Source: an uncultured Poribacteria bacterium (GTDB lineage Bacteria; Poribacteria; WGA-4E; WGA-3G). Taken from it: a stretch of 64,000 nt of DNA. This document shows positions 47,170 to 56,096 of this stretch, piece after piece (position 1 is the first letter of the stretch; every line of letters starts with the position of its first letter). Location of the stretch: positions 106,707-170,706 of the forward strand of contig OY282383.1 in NCBI GenBank assembly GCA_958295855.1, read 5' to 3'. A model generated the notes under the pieces. That model saw only the letters and a program-made list of their open reading frames with translations, did no database searches and was not told where the DNA came from. A program made the position numbers and the translations under genes.

Positions 47170-47300
47170 TACTCGTTGATGTCGCTCAGGGATGTTGTAT
47201 ACGGAGAGGTATTCCCTTAATGTTAACAACTAGCACCAGGCGTACGTTTTAAGAAACAAAATTCATTTGCTATTTTTTTGCGTGTGTAGTATTATATATC

Positions 47301-48080
47301 TTGAGGAGGAACGTGAAACCTGTGGCAGCTATTAATGACATCGCAAACGAATTTATTCGTGAAGAAATTGAAGAGTTCCTGGAAAAGCCTGATGAGATAG
47401 CCCGTTTCATTGAGATGTTTGCACAAACAACCCCAGCAATGCAAACCATCGCCGCCGCGCTTATTGATGGAGATCATCACACCGTCGATGAATTGACACA
47501 AGAAGCACTTGAAGAAGGCACAGAAGCGCTTGAGGTTATGGACGACGGGCTTATCGCGGGAATGGGCATCGTCGGCATCAAGTTCCGGGAAAATTTCATT
47601 TTTGTGCCAGAAGTCTTAGCATGCGCGCGCGCAATGAAAGCAGGCATGGCACATATCGAACCGATTCTTTCTGATTCGGGGATTGAACCTATCGGCACGG
47701 TGATTATGGGGACTGTCAAAGGGGACTTGCACGATATCGGTAAGAACTTGTGCATCATGATGTTGCGCGGTACTGGCTTCGTCGTCCACGATTTGGGCGT
47801 AGATACCTCCGAAGACGAATTCATTGCGGCAGTTGAGGCATACGAAGCACCCATCCTGGGTATGTCCGCGCTGCTCACAACAACAATGCCGAACATGGGC
47901 AAAACAATTGATGCATTTATTGACGAAGACCTCCGGGAAGAGGTCAAGATTATGGTGGGGGGTGCCCCAGTCACACAGACATTCGCCGATGATATGGGTG
48001 CCGATGGATATGGGAAAGATGCGCTGGCATGTGTCGCTCTCGCTAAACAGTTTCTTGAGGAAACGGACGAAGAATGGTAA
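47301..48080 (+). CDS. Cobalamin-binding corrinoid protein (methyltransferase cognate, MtbC/MtmC-like)
   Basis: B12-binding DxHxxG motif (GDLHDIGKNL), SALLTTTM and MVGGAPV, with an N-terminal helical cap domain. Start uncertain (TTG 47301, GTG 47313 or GTG 47322). Confidence 0.85.
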   Translation: MRRNVKPVAAINDIANEFIREEIEEFLEKPDEIARFIEMFAQTTPAMQTIAAALIDGDHHTVDELTQEALEEGTEALEVMDDGLIAGMGIVGIKFRENFIFVPEVLACARAMKAGMAHIEPILSDSGIEPIGTVIMGTVKGDLHDIGKNLCIMMLRGTGFVVHDLGVDTSEDEFIAAVEAYEAPILGMSALLTTTMPNMGKTIDAFIDEDLREEVKIMVGGAPVTQTFADDMGADGYGKDALACVALAKQFLEETDEEW

Positions 48081-48095
48081 ATAGTTGTCTAAAAC

Positions 48096-50054
48096 ATGAA
48101 AAAAATAGACAAAGCCGAATATGAAAAACGGCTCACTAAAATTACACAGATTTTTGAAGACATGGTTGTTCATGCGGATGAACAAGCAACTTACCGGTGC
48201 CCCTACAAAAATCGCTTTGACCACTGTACAGCGAAGTTCGGCTGTCGAAACCAGCGAAAAATTAATGAGGGAACCGGGCTGCTTTGTGTGGGAGACGATA
48301 AACTGGACTATCGAAGTGCTTGGGAAACGGATGCAACAGACGAAACAGCACAGGCTTTTGAGCTGGAAATAGCTCAAAAACCCTCTTCCATTAAGATGGC
48401 AAACGGCACAATTACATGTGCCGGCAAGGTTCATCCACTCACCCCTGGAAAAACTGTTTTTGACTACGCAGACGAGCTCGCCGTGCAAGTGCCGACATCC
48501 TGCTTCAGGACAGGGCAGTGCCACGAATGCATCGTTGAAATTAAACGTGGGATGGATAGCCTCCAACCTCACACCGAAGCAGAGGCCTTCCTTCGAGAGA
48601 ACTATCGCCTCGCCTGCCAAGCCGTTGTTCTTAATGTGGATGAGGACATAACGTTTGAACCGCTTCGACGCGCACCGAAGATTCTGACTCATACGGGGGC
48701 AAACAAAGCAGAATTGGGAGTGGAAACCCCTTCCGCAGTGGAGCCACGGGTGAGTCATCGCGATGGCGTTGTCTATTACGACAATGAACCCATCGACCGA
48801 TACCGAGGACACCTCTATGGGCTAGCCCTAGACATCGGCACAACCACCGTGGTGGCAAATCTGGTGGATTTAGTGAACGGAGAAACAGTGTCTGTCAGTT
48901 CTTTTGAAAACCCGCAACGCTTCGGTGGCAGCGACATCATGCGTCGAATCAGTTACGACGGTGAATTTCGGGGCGAACTGCACCGCTCGCTTATCGCCAC
49001 ACTCAATGGCGAAATTATGGAGATGTGTGAGCGACACAACTTCGTCCGACAGGAAATCTACGAAATTGTTGTCGCTGGTAACACAACGATGCGAGATATT
49101 TTCTTCAAACAGGATGTCCAAAGCATTGGTGAAAAGCCCTATAAATCCGTCATCGAGCATCAATATCGCGAAGGCACCCGTTCGACGACTTCGCTAACCG
49201 AAAAGACTCGCCGATTGGGCATCCGTGCGAACCCGAAAGCGATGGTTTACAGCTTGCCGTTGATTGCCAGCCATGTTGGGGCAGATGTCGCCGCAGATTT
49301 AGTCTCCATTGACATGCAATCGCAGGATGAAGCAATTATGCTCGTTGATGTGGGAACAAACACGGAGGTAGTTGTCGGGAATTCAAAACGGATGGTCGCG
49401 GCATCGTGTCCGGCGGGGCCCGCGTTTGAAGGCGGGGGCATTGAATACGGAATGCCCGCTTACCCTGGCGCGATTGAGTCGGTAACCTATGTCAATGGTG
49501 ACATTGTGTATGAGACGATTGGCGGGGAAAAACCACAAGGTTTCTGCGGCTCGGGTCTTATCTCGCTACTCGCTGAGCTTCGTCGGCATAACCAGATGAG
49601 TCCGAAAGGCGTTTTTGGAAATAGAAAGCAACAAATAATCTCTATTTTACCTGAACACGGTATTACCCTCTCACGCGAGGATGCAAGCAATCTCGCACAG
49701 GCGAAAGCGGCGAATTACTGTGGGCAATATATTGTCCTACGACACTTCGGCTGTGCCCCCCAAGACATTACAAAACTCTTTTTGGCGGGTGGGTTTGCCA
49801 ACTACGTCAACTCACAAGATGCAATTGACATCGGGTTTCTCGCCCCGGTACCCGAGGAGCGGATTGTCAAAATCGGGAACGCGGCAGTGGATGGCGCAAA
49901 AACGGTGTTGCTTTCAGAAAAAAAACGTTTAGCGATTGAAACGTTTGTCAAAAATATTGAACACATTGAATTGGAAACCACACCCGATTTTTTTGAGGTC
50001 TTCGTGGAGGGGTGCCAATTTAAACCGATGCCTGCAATTGTTCACCACTATTGA
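48096..50054 (+). CDS. RACo/RamA-like ATP-dependent reductive activator of corrinoid proteins (2Fe-2S ferredoxin plus ASKHA/DUF4445)
   Basis: Plant-type ferredoxin segment (SCFRTGQCHECIVEI...RLACQ), then YGLALDIGTTTVVANLV, VVAGNTTM and MLVDVGTNTEVV. There is an extra Cys-rich N-terminal segment. Confidence 0.8.
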   Translation: MKKIDKAEYEKRLTKITQIFEDMVVHADEQATYRCPYKNRFDHCTAKFGCRNQRKINEGTGLLCVGDDKLDYRSAWETDATDETAQAFELEIAQKPSSIKMANGTITCAGKVHPLTPGKTVFDYADELAVQVPTSCFRTGQCHECIVEIKRGMDSLQPHTEAEAFLRENYRLACQAVVLNVDEDITFEPLRRAPKILTHTGANKAELGVETPSAVEPRVSHRDGVVYYDNEPIDRYRGHLYGLALDIGTTTVVANLVDLVNGETVSVSSFENPQRFGGSDIMRRISYDGEFRGELHRSLIATLNGEIMEMCERHNFVRQEIYEIVVAGNTTMRDIFFKQDVQSIGEKPYKSVIEHQYREGTRSTTSLTEKTRRLGIRANPKAMVYSLPLIASHVGADVAADLVSIDMQSQDEAIMLVDVGTNTEVVVGNSKRMVAASCPAGPAFEGGGIEYGMPAYPGAIESVTYVNGDIVYETIGGEKPQGFCGSGLISLLAELRRHNQMSPKGVFGNRKQQIISILPEHGITLSREDASNLAQAKAANYCGQYIVLRHFGCAPQDITKLFLAGGFANYVNSQDAIDIGFLAPVPEERIVKIGNAAVDGAKTVLLSEKKRLAIETFVKNIEHIELETTPDFFEVFVEGCQFKPMPAIVHHY

Positions 50055-50071
50055 AAATAGTGGGAAACTTC
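50040..50071. repeat. 32-bp type D hairpin module that covers the stop codon of the RACo-like gene
   Basis: gttcaccactattgaaaatagtgggaaacttc. It is read as V H H Y stop. Confidence 0.85.
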
Positions 50072-50106
50072 TATAGCAAAGGTCTCAGCAGAGGACGTAC
50101 GCAATA

Positions 50107-51111
50107 GTGAAAACCTTTCGAGAACGCTTAAAATCTGATGAACCCATTGTTTACGACGGCGGGTTCGGCTCGCAATTGTTTGCTCGCGAGATAGAACTCA
50201 CTAACAGCGCGCTCGCCAATGAATTGCATCCCGCCGCTGTCATAAGTATTCATTCAGACTATATCCGCGCGGGCGCGGCGGCAATCGGCACAAATACGTT
50301 TGTGGTATCCCCACTTCATCTGCAAATGGCAGGCCGAGACAAATCGGATGCTCAACGGCTCACACGGCTCGCCGTTCGGCATGCGAAAACCGCTGTCGCC
50401 CAGAGTGAAAAAGAGCTCTACATTGCAGGTTCTGTCGGGCCATCGCCCGGTGCGATTGAAGCGGATAGTGGCGATACGACGTTCGGCATTGCAAATGCAG
50501 ATGTCAGAGAAGCGCATAAACTGGTTATCCACACGCTGGCAGAAGAGGGGGTAGATTTCTTGTGCCTTGAGACAATGTTTTCAGCGAAAGAAGCCGCCAT
50601 CGCCGTTGACATTGCCCGCGAGACACATCTCCCCACCGCGGTCAACATGACTTACAAATGGACAAAGGAGCGGCGTACCGGTAAAGTCATCTATCGAACG
50701 GATTGGGGGCATTCTGCCGCCGACCTGCTCCAGATGCTTGCCAGCGGCGAGTTTTCGCGAGGTGTCTCGCTGTTAGATTGCGTGGATATCATCGGACTGA
50801 ACTGCGGTGCTGAATCAAGGCGAGCGGAACACTCCGGGATGCCGTATGCAATTACTGGCACCCAGCAACTGCACGCTGCTCTCGCTGAAACCGGAATTCA
50901 CGGAAAACGGATGATGGCATACCCGAACGCGGGCATGCCGAAACTTGATGAAAACCATAAAACTGTCTATACCCAAACACCAACGGAGATGGCAAGTTAT
51001 ATCTCTCTACTCATTGAAGCGGGTGCTTACTTAATAGGTGGGTGTTGTGGCACGACACCGGAGCACATTAAAGCCTTCCGTGAGATAGTTGATTCTTTTG
51101 TCCATGCCTAG
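50107..51111 (+). CDS. Homocysteine S-methyltransferase-domain protein (MetH N-terminal module-like)
   Basis: YDGGFGSQL, NTF, LETM, and the zinc-site-like LNCG ... GGCCGTTPEHI. Confidence 0.8.
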   Translation: MKTFRERLKSDEPIVYDGGFGSQLFAREIELTNSALANELHPAAVISIHSDYIRAGAAAIGTNTFVVSPLHLQMAGRDKSDAQRLTRLAVRHAKTAVAQSEKELYIAGSVGPSPGAIEADSGDTTFGIANADVREAHKLVIHTLAEEGVDFLCLETMFSAKEAAIAVDIARETHLPTAVNMTYKWTKERRTGKVIYRTDWGHSAADLLQMLASGEFSRGVSLLDCVDIIGLNCGAESRRAEHSGMPYAITGTQQLHAALAETGIHGKRMMAYPNAGMPKLDENHKTVYTQTPTEMASYISLLIEAGAYLIGGCCGTTPEHIKAFREIVDSFVHA

Positions 51112-51274
51112 TACCTTGACTGCATTATGTAGTCTTAACTCCATTGGAGCTCTCGTCGGAGGGTATTTTTTTGAAGAAAATAAGAGCGTATTGCGACAAA
51201 CATTACAAAACAAATGAACAAGGTACATCTCGTTTTTACAAGCAAAACAGAGGGTGTTTCACTTTAACCTGAAA

Positions 51275-51306
51275 GAAGTTTCCCACTATTTTCAATAGTG
51301 GTGAAC
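51275..51306. repeat. 32-bp type D hairpin module, reverse orientation
   Basis: gaagtttcccactattttcaatagtggtgaac. Confidence 0.85.
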
Positions 51307-51590
51307 ACTCGCATGAATCCATACACTGATTGGATTCACACAGCAAAATCGATGTTACACGTTGTGAAAAGTGTAACGTTTTTACTAAAATGGAAACCAT
51401 CTCATAACTGTTTAAGGAGATAAAGATCAGATAGGGTATCGGTTTCCCCTGCAAAGCAGGGGTAACATACCAATGGCAAGATGGGTGTAACAATGCACTG
51501 TAAATCTCAATCTGCATTTAACCCCTGCAAAACAGGGGGTAATGCCCCTTGGAGGTTTCTAATTTTTCGTAAGGTGTTTCCCTTGACTCT

Positions 51591-52211
51591 ATGCAAACAC
51601 GCGTTAAAATTTGTGGTATTACCAATCTTACTGATGCGGAAACAGCAATTGAGGCAGGAGCAGATGCCCTCGGTTTTATTTTTGTGCCAGAGACACCGCG
51701 TTATGTAGCGCCACCTGATGCAGCAGAAATTATAGTGGCACTCCCACCGTTTATTACAACAGTGGGCGTATTCCGAAATGCAGAACTCGCGGAGGTTGAG
51801 GCGGTTGCTGCCCAATGCAGTATAACAACTATCCAGTTACACGGCACAGAATCGCCACAATTTTGCACGCAATTAACTTTACCAGTCATTAAGGTATTTG
51901 AACTACAAAATGAACGGGACATCTACACCTTAGCTGCTTACAAAGTGAGTGCATGTCTTGTGGATAAACCAAAAACAATCCAAACTGGAACGGTTAATTG
52001 GGAACTTGCACGGAAGGCGCGGTGCCACGCGAATCGGTTAATCCTCGCAGGAGGCTTAACTCCCGACAATGTCACAGAGGCAATTCGGTATGTAAAACCT
52101 TATGCGGTTGATGTAGCCAGTGGCGTAGAAGCGGATAAACGCCAGAAGGATTCCGGAAAAGTCAACGCTTTCATCAAGGCAGTTAGAGGAATTGACGCAA
52201 CGTTGAACTAA
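51591..52211 (+). CDS. trpF: Phosphoribosylanthranilate isomerase
   Basis: VKICGITNLTDAETAIEAGADALGFIFVPETPRYV, QLHG, LAGGLTPDNV and GVDVASGVE-like. 206 aa. Confidence 0.85.
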   Translation: MQTRVKICGITNLTDAETAIEAGADALGFIFVPETPRYVAPPDAAEIIVALPPFITTVGVFRNAELAEVEAVAAQCSITTIQLHGTESPQFCTQLTLPVIKVFELQNERDIYTLAAYKVSACLVDKPKTIQTGTVNWELARKARCHANRLILAGGLTPDNVTEAIRYVKPYAVDVASGVEADKRQKDSGKVNAFIKAVRGIDATLN

Positions 52212-52290
52212 TTGCCAATAAAGCAGGGGGAACCGTAGTTCAACAAAGAAACGTTCATCTCCTGTAGTTAGCAACAAATCAAACAAAAAC

Positions 52291-52836
52291 ATGGAAACCA
52301 TAACGCTTACCTATAAAAGGCTTCCTGACCGGATTAATCATTTTCAGCAGCAGTTGCTTTATGCAGACGAGGATGTTATTGTCACCTCTCAGCGGATTAA
52401 ACCGTCCTCACCCATTGTTCAAAACGGCGAGACAGTTTTGGACGAAAACTTCACCGCTGTCTGGTTCGTATTTACAGGACTTTGGTATGACATCGGCAAA
52501 ATCTACAATCTTAATAACGAATGGACGGGCTATTATTGCGATATTATGAAGCCGGTGAAGCGGAGCGTAGATGTAGCGGGGGATGGGCAGGCACAAGGCT
52601 CGGTTTCCCCTACTTTTGAAATAACCGATCTGTTCTTGGATCTCTGGATAAATCCAGATGGTAGTTATGAAATTCAGGATGAGGACGAGTTTGAAGCGGC
52701 AATCCGAGACGGTGCAATCGGCTCTGAATTGGCAGAAAAAGCGCAGGACGCGCTAAACACATTAATCGCTGAAGTTGCGGCAGGAAAATTCCCGCCACAA
52801 TTTGTGCGAACTTTTCGTCAATTTGCCGAGGGTTAG
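52291..52836 (+). CDS. DUF402-family protein (FomD/Ntdp-like nucleotide phosphatase fold)
   Basis: WYDIGKIYN...WTGYYCDI ... DLFLDLWINPDGSYEIQDEDEF. In-frame type E module at 52585-52613. Confidence 0.6.
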   Translation: METITLTYKRLPDRINHFQQQLLYADEDVIVTSQRIKPSSPIVQNGETVLDENFTAVWFVFTGLWYDIGKIYNLNNEWTGYYCDIMKPVKRSVDVAGDGQAQGSVSPTFEITDLFLDLWINPDGSYEIQDEDEFEAAIRDGAIGSELAEKAQDALNTLIAEVAAGKFPPQFVRTFRQFAEG

Positions 52837-52854
52837 ACACGCATTTTTGCGGCT

Positions 52855-53045
52855 AATAAGATACTACCCCGCTTTGCGGGGTGAGTATCCTCTTCGCCCA
52901 TAAGCGACGTGCATTCAATGCGTGATGGGCAGGCACGAGACCGGCCGCTACAAGGTAGGTTTCGGTTTTGTCTGTTAGACGGGCAGGCACGAGACCGGCC
53001 GCTACAAATTGCATTTTGGGGCAGGCACGAGACCGGCCACTACAA
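52855..53045. repeat. Mosaic intergenic array of hairpin modules
   Basis: Type A (52860-52889), then cgcccataagcgacgtgcattcaatgcgtg, then three copies of gggcaggcacgagaccggcc(g/a)ctacaa. Confidence 0.8.
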
Positions 53046-53071
53046 ACACAACTTGGTATGATATTGGAGCT

Positions 53072-54457
53072 ATGCAGAATCTCTTTTTTCCAATCGGTGG
53101 TGGAAATGAAATCGGCGCAAGTTGCTACTTTATCCAGTTGAATGGGGCCAAGCTCCTCTTGGATTCTGGCATTCGTTTGCATTCTGATTCTACCTATCCG
53201 CGCTTCGATTCGCTTTACGCTGAAAATCTCCTTGATGGCTTGTGGGAGTTGGAGGGAATTCTGCTTTCTCATGGACACTTGGACCATGTCGGCTCATTAC
53301 CCACTGTTGTTGCTGAAGCACCGGAGGTTCCTGTTTATGCGACGCTACCGACACGAGACATTATGGAACTACAGCTGAACCAACCGCTGCGCGCCACTAA
53401 GGGTGCAAACCCCTGCAAAGCAGGGGCAAATACAATCCCTGGCGATGCAGAGTTGGTGGATTTTCGAGAGGTTAAGCAGTTCAACGCAGTTCGGGTTCAG
53501 CGCGCGATAGACAGTGTCGTGCCGCTCAGATGGCATCACCCGATTGCACTACAGACGTGCCAAGTCACTTTCTTTCCTGCAGGGCACATCCTTGGGGCCT
53601 CCATGGTTTACATAGAATCGGAGGTGGGCAATATTCTATTTACCGGCGATTTTACGCCCTTCGACCAACTGACAGTCCCCAAGTATGATATTCCTGATAA
53701 TTTGGCAGTCGATGTATTGATTACTGAGTCAACTTATGGGTACCAGGAAGGTGCTTATACGGGCGATGTTGACGAGGAACGAGAAAACTTCGCTCAGAAA
53801 ATCGACAGATGTTTAGATGAGGGCGGGACGGTGCTGATTCCCGCGTTTGCAATTGGAAGGAGTCAGGAACTCGCCCTAATTTTGCGACATCTCATCCGTA
53901 CTGGCCGTTTGAGGCCTTTTACCATTTACATTGATGGATTGGCGCAGGTTGCCTGCGATATTTACGAAGAGAATGGCGTCCGGGTCTTTGGGCACGAACT
54001 GGAGAAGGCCCCTCGCCACCTTATTGACGCGCTGGATGCTTTTAATGGAGTCATCATTGCTAGCTCCGGGATGTTGCTTGACAATAGTGCTTCCGCGCGA
54101 TATGCAGAAAAACTGCTTCCAGACCCGAGGAACGCTGTATTCTTCAGTGGATACCTCGATGAGGAAAGCCCGGGGCGGCGGCTGGAGGGGTTGGCTATGA
54201 GCAAGGGGCAACGGTTCCGACTCAATGAGAGAAAAGTACCTGTTCATGCCAATGTGGATACCTATCGTCTCTCCGCACATACAGATAGTGAAGGCATTCT
54301 TTCACTGATTGAAAGGGTAGCCCCCAAAAAGGTTATTTTCGTCCACGGCTATCCACAATACAGAACGGGCGTTAACGTCTATAATGAAACATACCGACGA
54401 TTCCAAAGCCGGATAGAAGTCTATCAAGCAAACAACGGCACACCTATCTATTTCTAA
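53072..54457 (+). CDS. MBL-fold / beta-CASP hydrolase (RNA-metabolising metallo-beta-lactamase family)
   Basis: LLLDSG, SHGHLDHVGSLP, FFPAGHILGAS, FTGDF, ESTYG, and a C-terminal SAHTDSEG...FVHG. Start at the ATG at 53072. In-frame type B module at 53402-53433. Confidence 0.75.
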   Translation: MQNLFFPIGGGNEIGASCYFIQLNGAKLLLDSGIRLHSDSTYPRFDSLYAENLLDGLWELEGILLSHGHLDHVGSLPTVVAEAPEVPVYATLPTRDIMELQLNQPLRATKGANPCKAGANTIPGDAELVDFREVKQFNAVRVQRAIDSVVPLRWHHPIALQTCQVTFFPAGHILGASMVYIESEVGNILFTGDFTPFDQLTVPKYDIPDNLAVDVLITESTYGYQEGAYTGDVDEERENFAQKIDRCLDEGGTVLIPAFAIGRSQELALILRHLIRTGRLRPFTIYIDGLAQVACDIYEENGVRVFGHELEKAPRHLIDALDAFNGVIIASSGMLLDNSASARYAEKLLPDPRNAVFFSGYLDEESPGRRLEGLAMSKGQRFRLNERKVPVHANVDTYRLSAHTDSEGILSLIERVAPKKVIFVHGYPQYRTGVNVYNETYRRFQSRIEVYQANNGTPIYF

Positions 54458-54890
54458 TTTTCGTCTTTTCGTCAATTTGCCAGCGTCCGATAAGGCGAGA
54501 TTGGCTGATGAATGCCTTTGCGCTATGGGTATTTTCCCCTGCTTTGCAGGGGCAGATACCACCTGCCGTTTTGTCCAGGTGGTATTAACCCCTGCAAAGC
54601 AGGGGCAACATGCCAGTGTCCAAAACTTATTGCATTTAGTGAAGAAAGATCAGAAACCTCTGACGAGATCTTCAAGCAACTTCAAACTACAGCGAGAAGC
54701 ACCAGTGCTAGGCAAGGCAGAAAGATCAGAACCCTCTGACGAGATTTTTGCGGCTAAAAGGGTATCACCCCGCAAAGCGGGGACATACCCACCTGCGCCC
54801 AAATGCGACGTGCATTCAACGAATTTCAAACTACGGGGGAACTGGTGGTGCTGAACCTTACGAAAAACTGAACTTTATGAAGAGGAGATA
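54458..54890. repeat. Mosaic intergenic array (types G, B, B, F, F, A and C-like)
   Basis: 54565-54647 is identical or nearly identical to 61489-61570. 54649-54718 is the reverse complement of 59924-59994. Confidence 0.8.
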
Positions 54891-54896
54891 TAAGCA

Positions 54897-56096
54897 GTGG
54901 AACTACAAATTAACCAGTTGATAGAGAAATATCAACATAAAGCCAAAAGCCACTCCGAAGGTCGAGGCAAGTATAACCCGGGTCACGACTACGAACTGGT
55001 ACAGGCGGTGTTAGCTGCGCCGGAACACCGGCCAAAGCAACTCGTCGCCCAACTGGAAAAACAGATGGGTGTTAGCAAGGTCCCTTTTCATGTAGCACGC
55101 CAACTTGGACGTAACCAACTTGACCGGCCCGATAAACGCCTCGAATGGGCAGAACTTGTTACCCAAGCCGGCCAGGATTTGTGCCAATTCGCACTGGAAA
55201 GTACAGAACCCGCAGACTATAAGGCACTTTACGAAAAGGTTAAACAGGTAGTTTTTGTTGAAAAAAAGACACGACAGATAGAACCGAAGGCTATTCTGTT
55301 TGTTTTTTGCACAGAACTCCCTGATACCGTGAGTTACAAATCCAGCCTACAGGAAACAGCACGGTTGACGAACTTCGATGAATCAAAAAAGTTGCTGCAC
55401 GACATCGTCGATGTGATTGCGACTGAAAGAGGTTTTTCGTCAGGTTCAGCTCTGGGGGTTTCTGATGTAGGTGGAAGTCCTGTGAACATCTCGTCGGAGG
55501 TTTCTGATGTAGGTGCGGATAATGCGGGAACGCAAGGGCTTATCCACTCCTTAACCTGTGACATCGAACGAACGGATGGGGAACCGGCACAAGGCACTGC
55601 GGCTACAGCAGCGGATGTGCGAATTGCTGATGAGAAGGATGACTTGCGTGCTGCGGCAGAGGTTGCGCGGCTGCAACTAGAAGCACTCCAGGAAGAATTG
55701 GAACAAGTCCGGGAGGAAGCCAAGCAAGAAGCGGCGCTTACGTTCTTCCAAGAGATGAATTCCGCGAAGCACAGCAATTTACTCGACCAATTTCTAAAAG
55801 CGGAACTGTTAGTGAAACAACTGAGGCAACAGGGAACCGACATCCCACAAGAAATTGAACTCATCCCCAGTCTTATCCGAATGTTCACCCGTTTTGTTAA
55901 AATGCAGGGCATCCGTCCTAAAGCGGTTGTGGGCGAACGGAAACAGATAACACTCAACGAATCTGATGAATACGAATACATCGGGTCCGAGTGGGAAGAC
56001 CCGGACGAACACAAAACGGTTGAAGTCCAATCTGCAGGTTGGCTCTATGCTGATACACTCATTTCTAAACCCAAAGTTCAGGAGGTGACATCATGA
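54897..56096 (+). CDS. Hypothetical protein with a C-terminal coiled coil and a GrpE-like domain
   Basis: RBS gaggaga before the GTG at 54897. The C-terminal 150 aa (AEVARLQLEALQEELEQVREEAKQEA ... MFTRFVKMQGIRPKAVVGE ... HKTVEVQSAGWLYADTLISKPKVQEV) follows the GrpE layout of a long helix, a 4-helix bundle and a beta domain. Assigned by eye only. Confidence 0.45.
   Translation: MELQINQLIEKYQHKAKSHSEGRGKYNPGHDYELVQAVLAAPEHRPKQLVAQLEKQMGVSKVPFHVARQLGRNQLDRPDKRLEWAELVTQAGQDLCQFALESTEPADYKALYEKVKQVVFVEKKTRQIEPKAILFVFCTELPDTVSYKSSLQETARLTNFDESKKLLHDIVDVIATERGFSSGSALGVSDVGGSPVNISSEVSDVGADNAGTQGLIHSLTCDIERTDGEPAQGTAATAADVRIADEKDDLRAAAEVARLQLEALQEELEQVREEAKQEAALTFFQEMNSAKHSNLLDQFLKAELLVKQLRQQGTDIPQEIELIPSLIRMFTRFVKMQGIRPKAVVGERKQITLNESDEYEYIGSEWEDPDEHKTVEVQSAGWLYADTLISKPKVQEVTS

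Noticed and set aside
47054-47300. Possible cobalamin riboswitch ahead of the B12-protein operon.
   Set aside because: I could not find a B12-box-like conserved core. The region is AT-rich with protein-operator-like palindromes instead. An Rfam scan would be needed.
47616-48812. Long antisense ORFs: 398 aa here, plus 41374-42258 (294 aa), 11428-12231 (267 aa), 55334-56014 (226 aa), 18365-18979 (204 aa), 19285-19836 (183 aa) and 15865-16419 (184 aa).
   Set aside because: Each lies opposite a gene with clear family motifs. They have low-complexity or Cys/Arg/Ser-rich composition, no RBS and no recognisable motifs, so they are shadow ORFs.
52853-53287. A 144-aa minus-strand ORF, plus the 5' extension of the MBL hydrolase ORF (53009-53071).
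   Set aside because: Both are composed of type A, C and E modules. The conserved MBL protein starts at MQNLFFPIGGG (53072).
54477-54854. ORFs of 125 aa and 75 aa upstream of the GrpE-like gene.
   Set aside because: They are entirely mosaic repeat DNA, and the same sequence occurs non-coding and inverted at 59924-59994 and 61489-61570.
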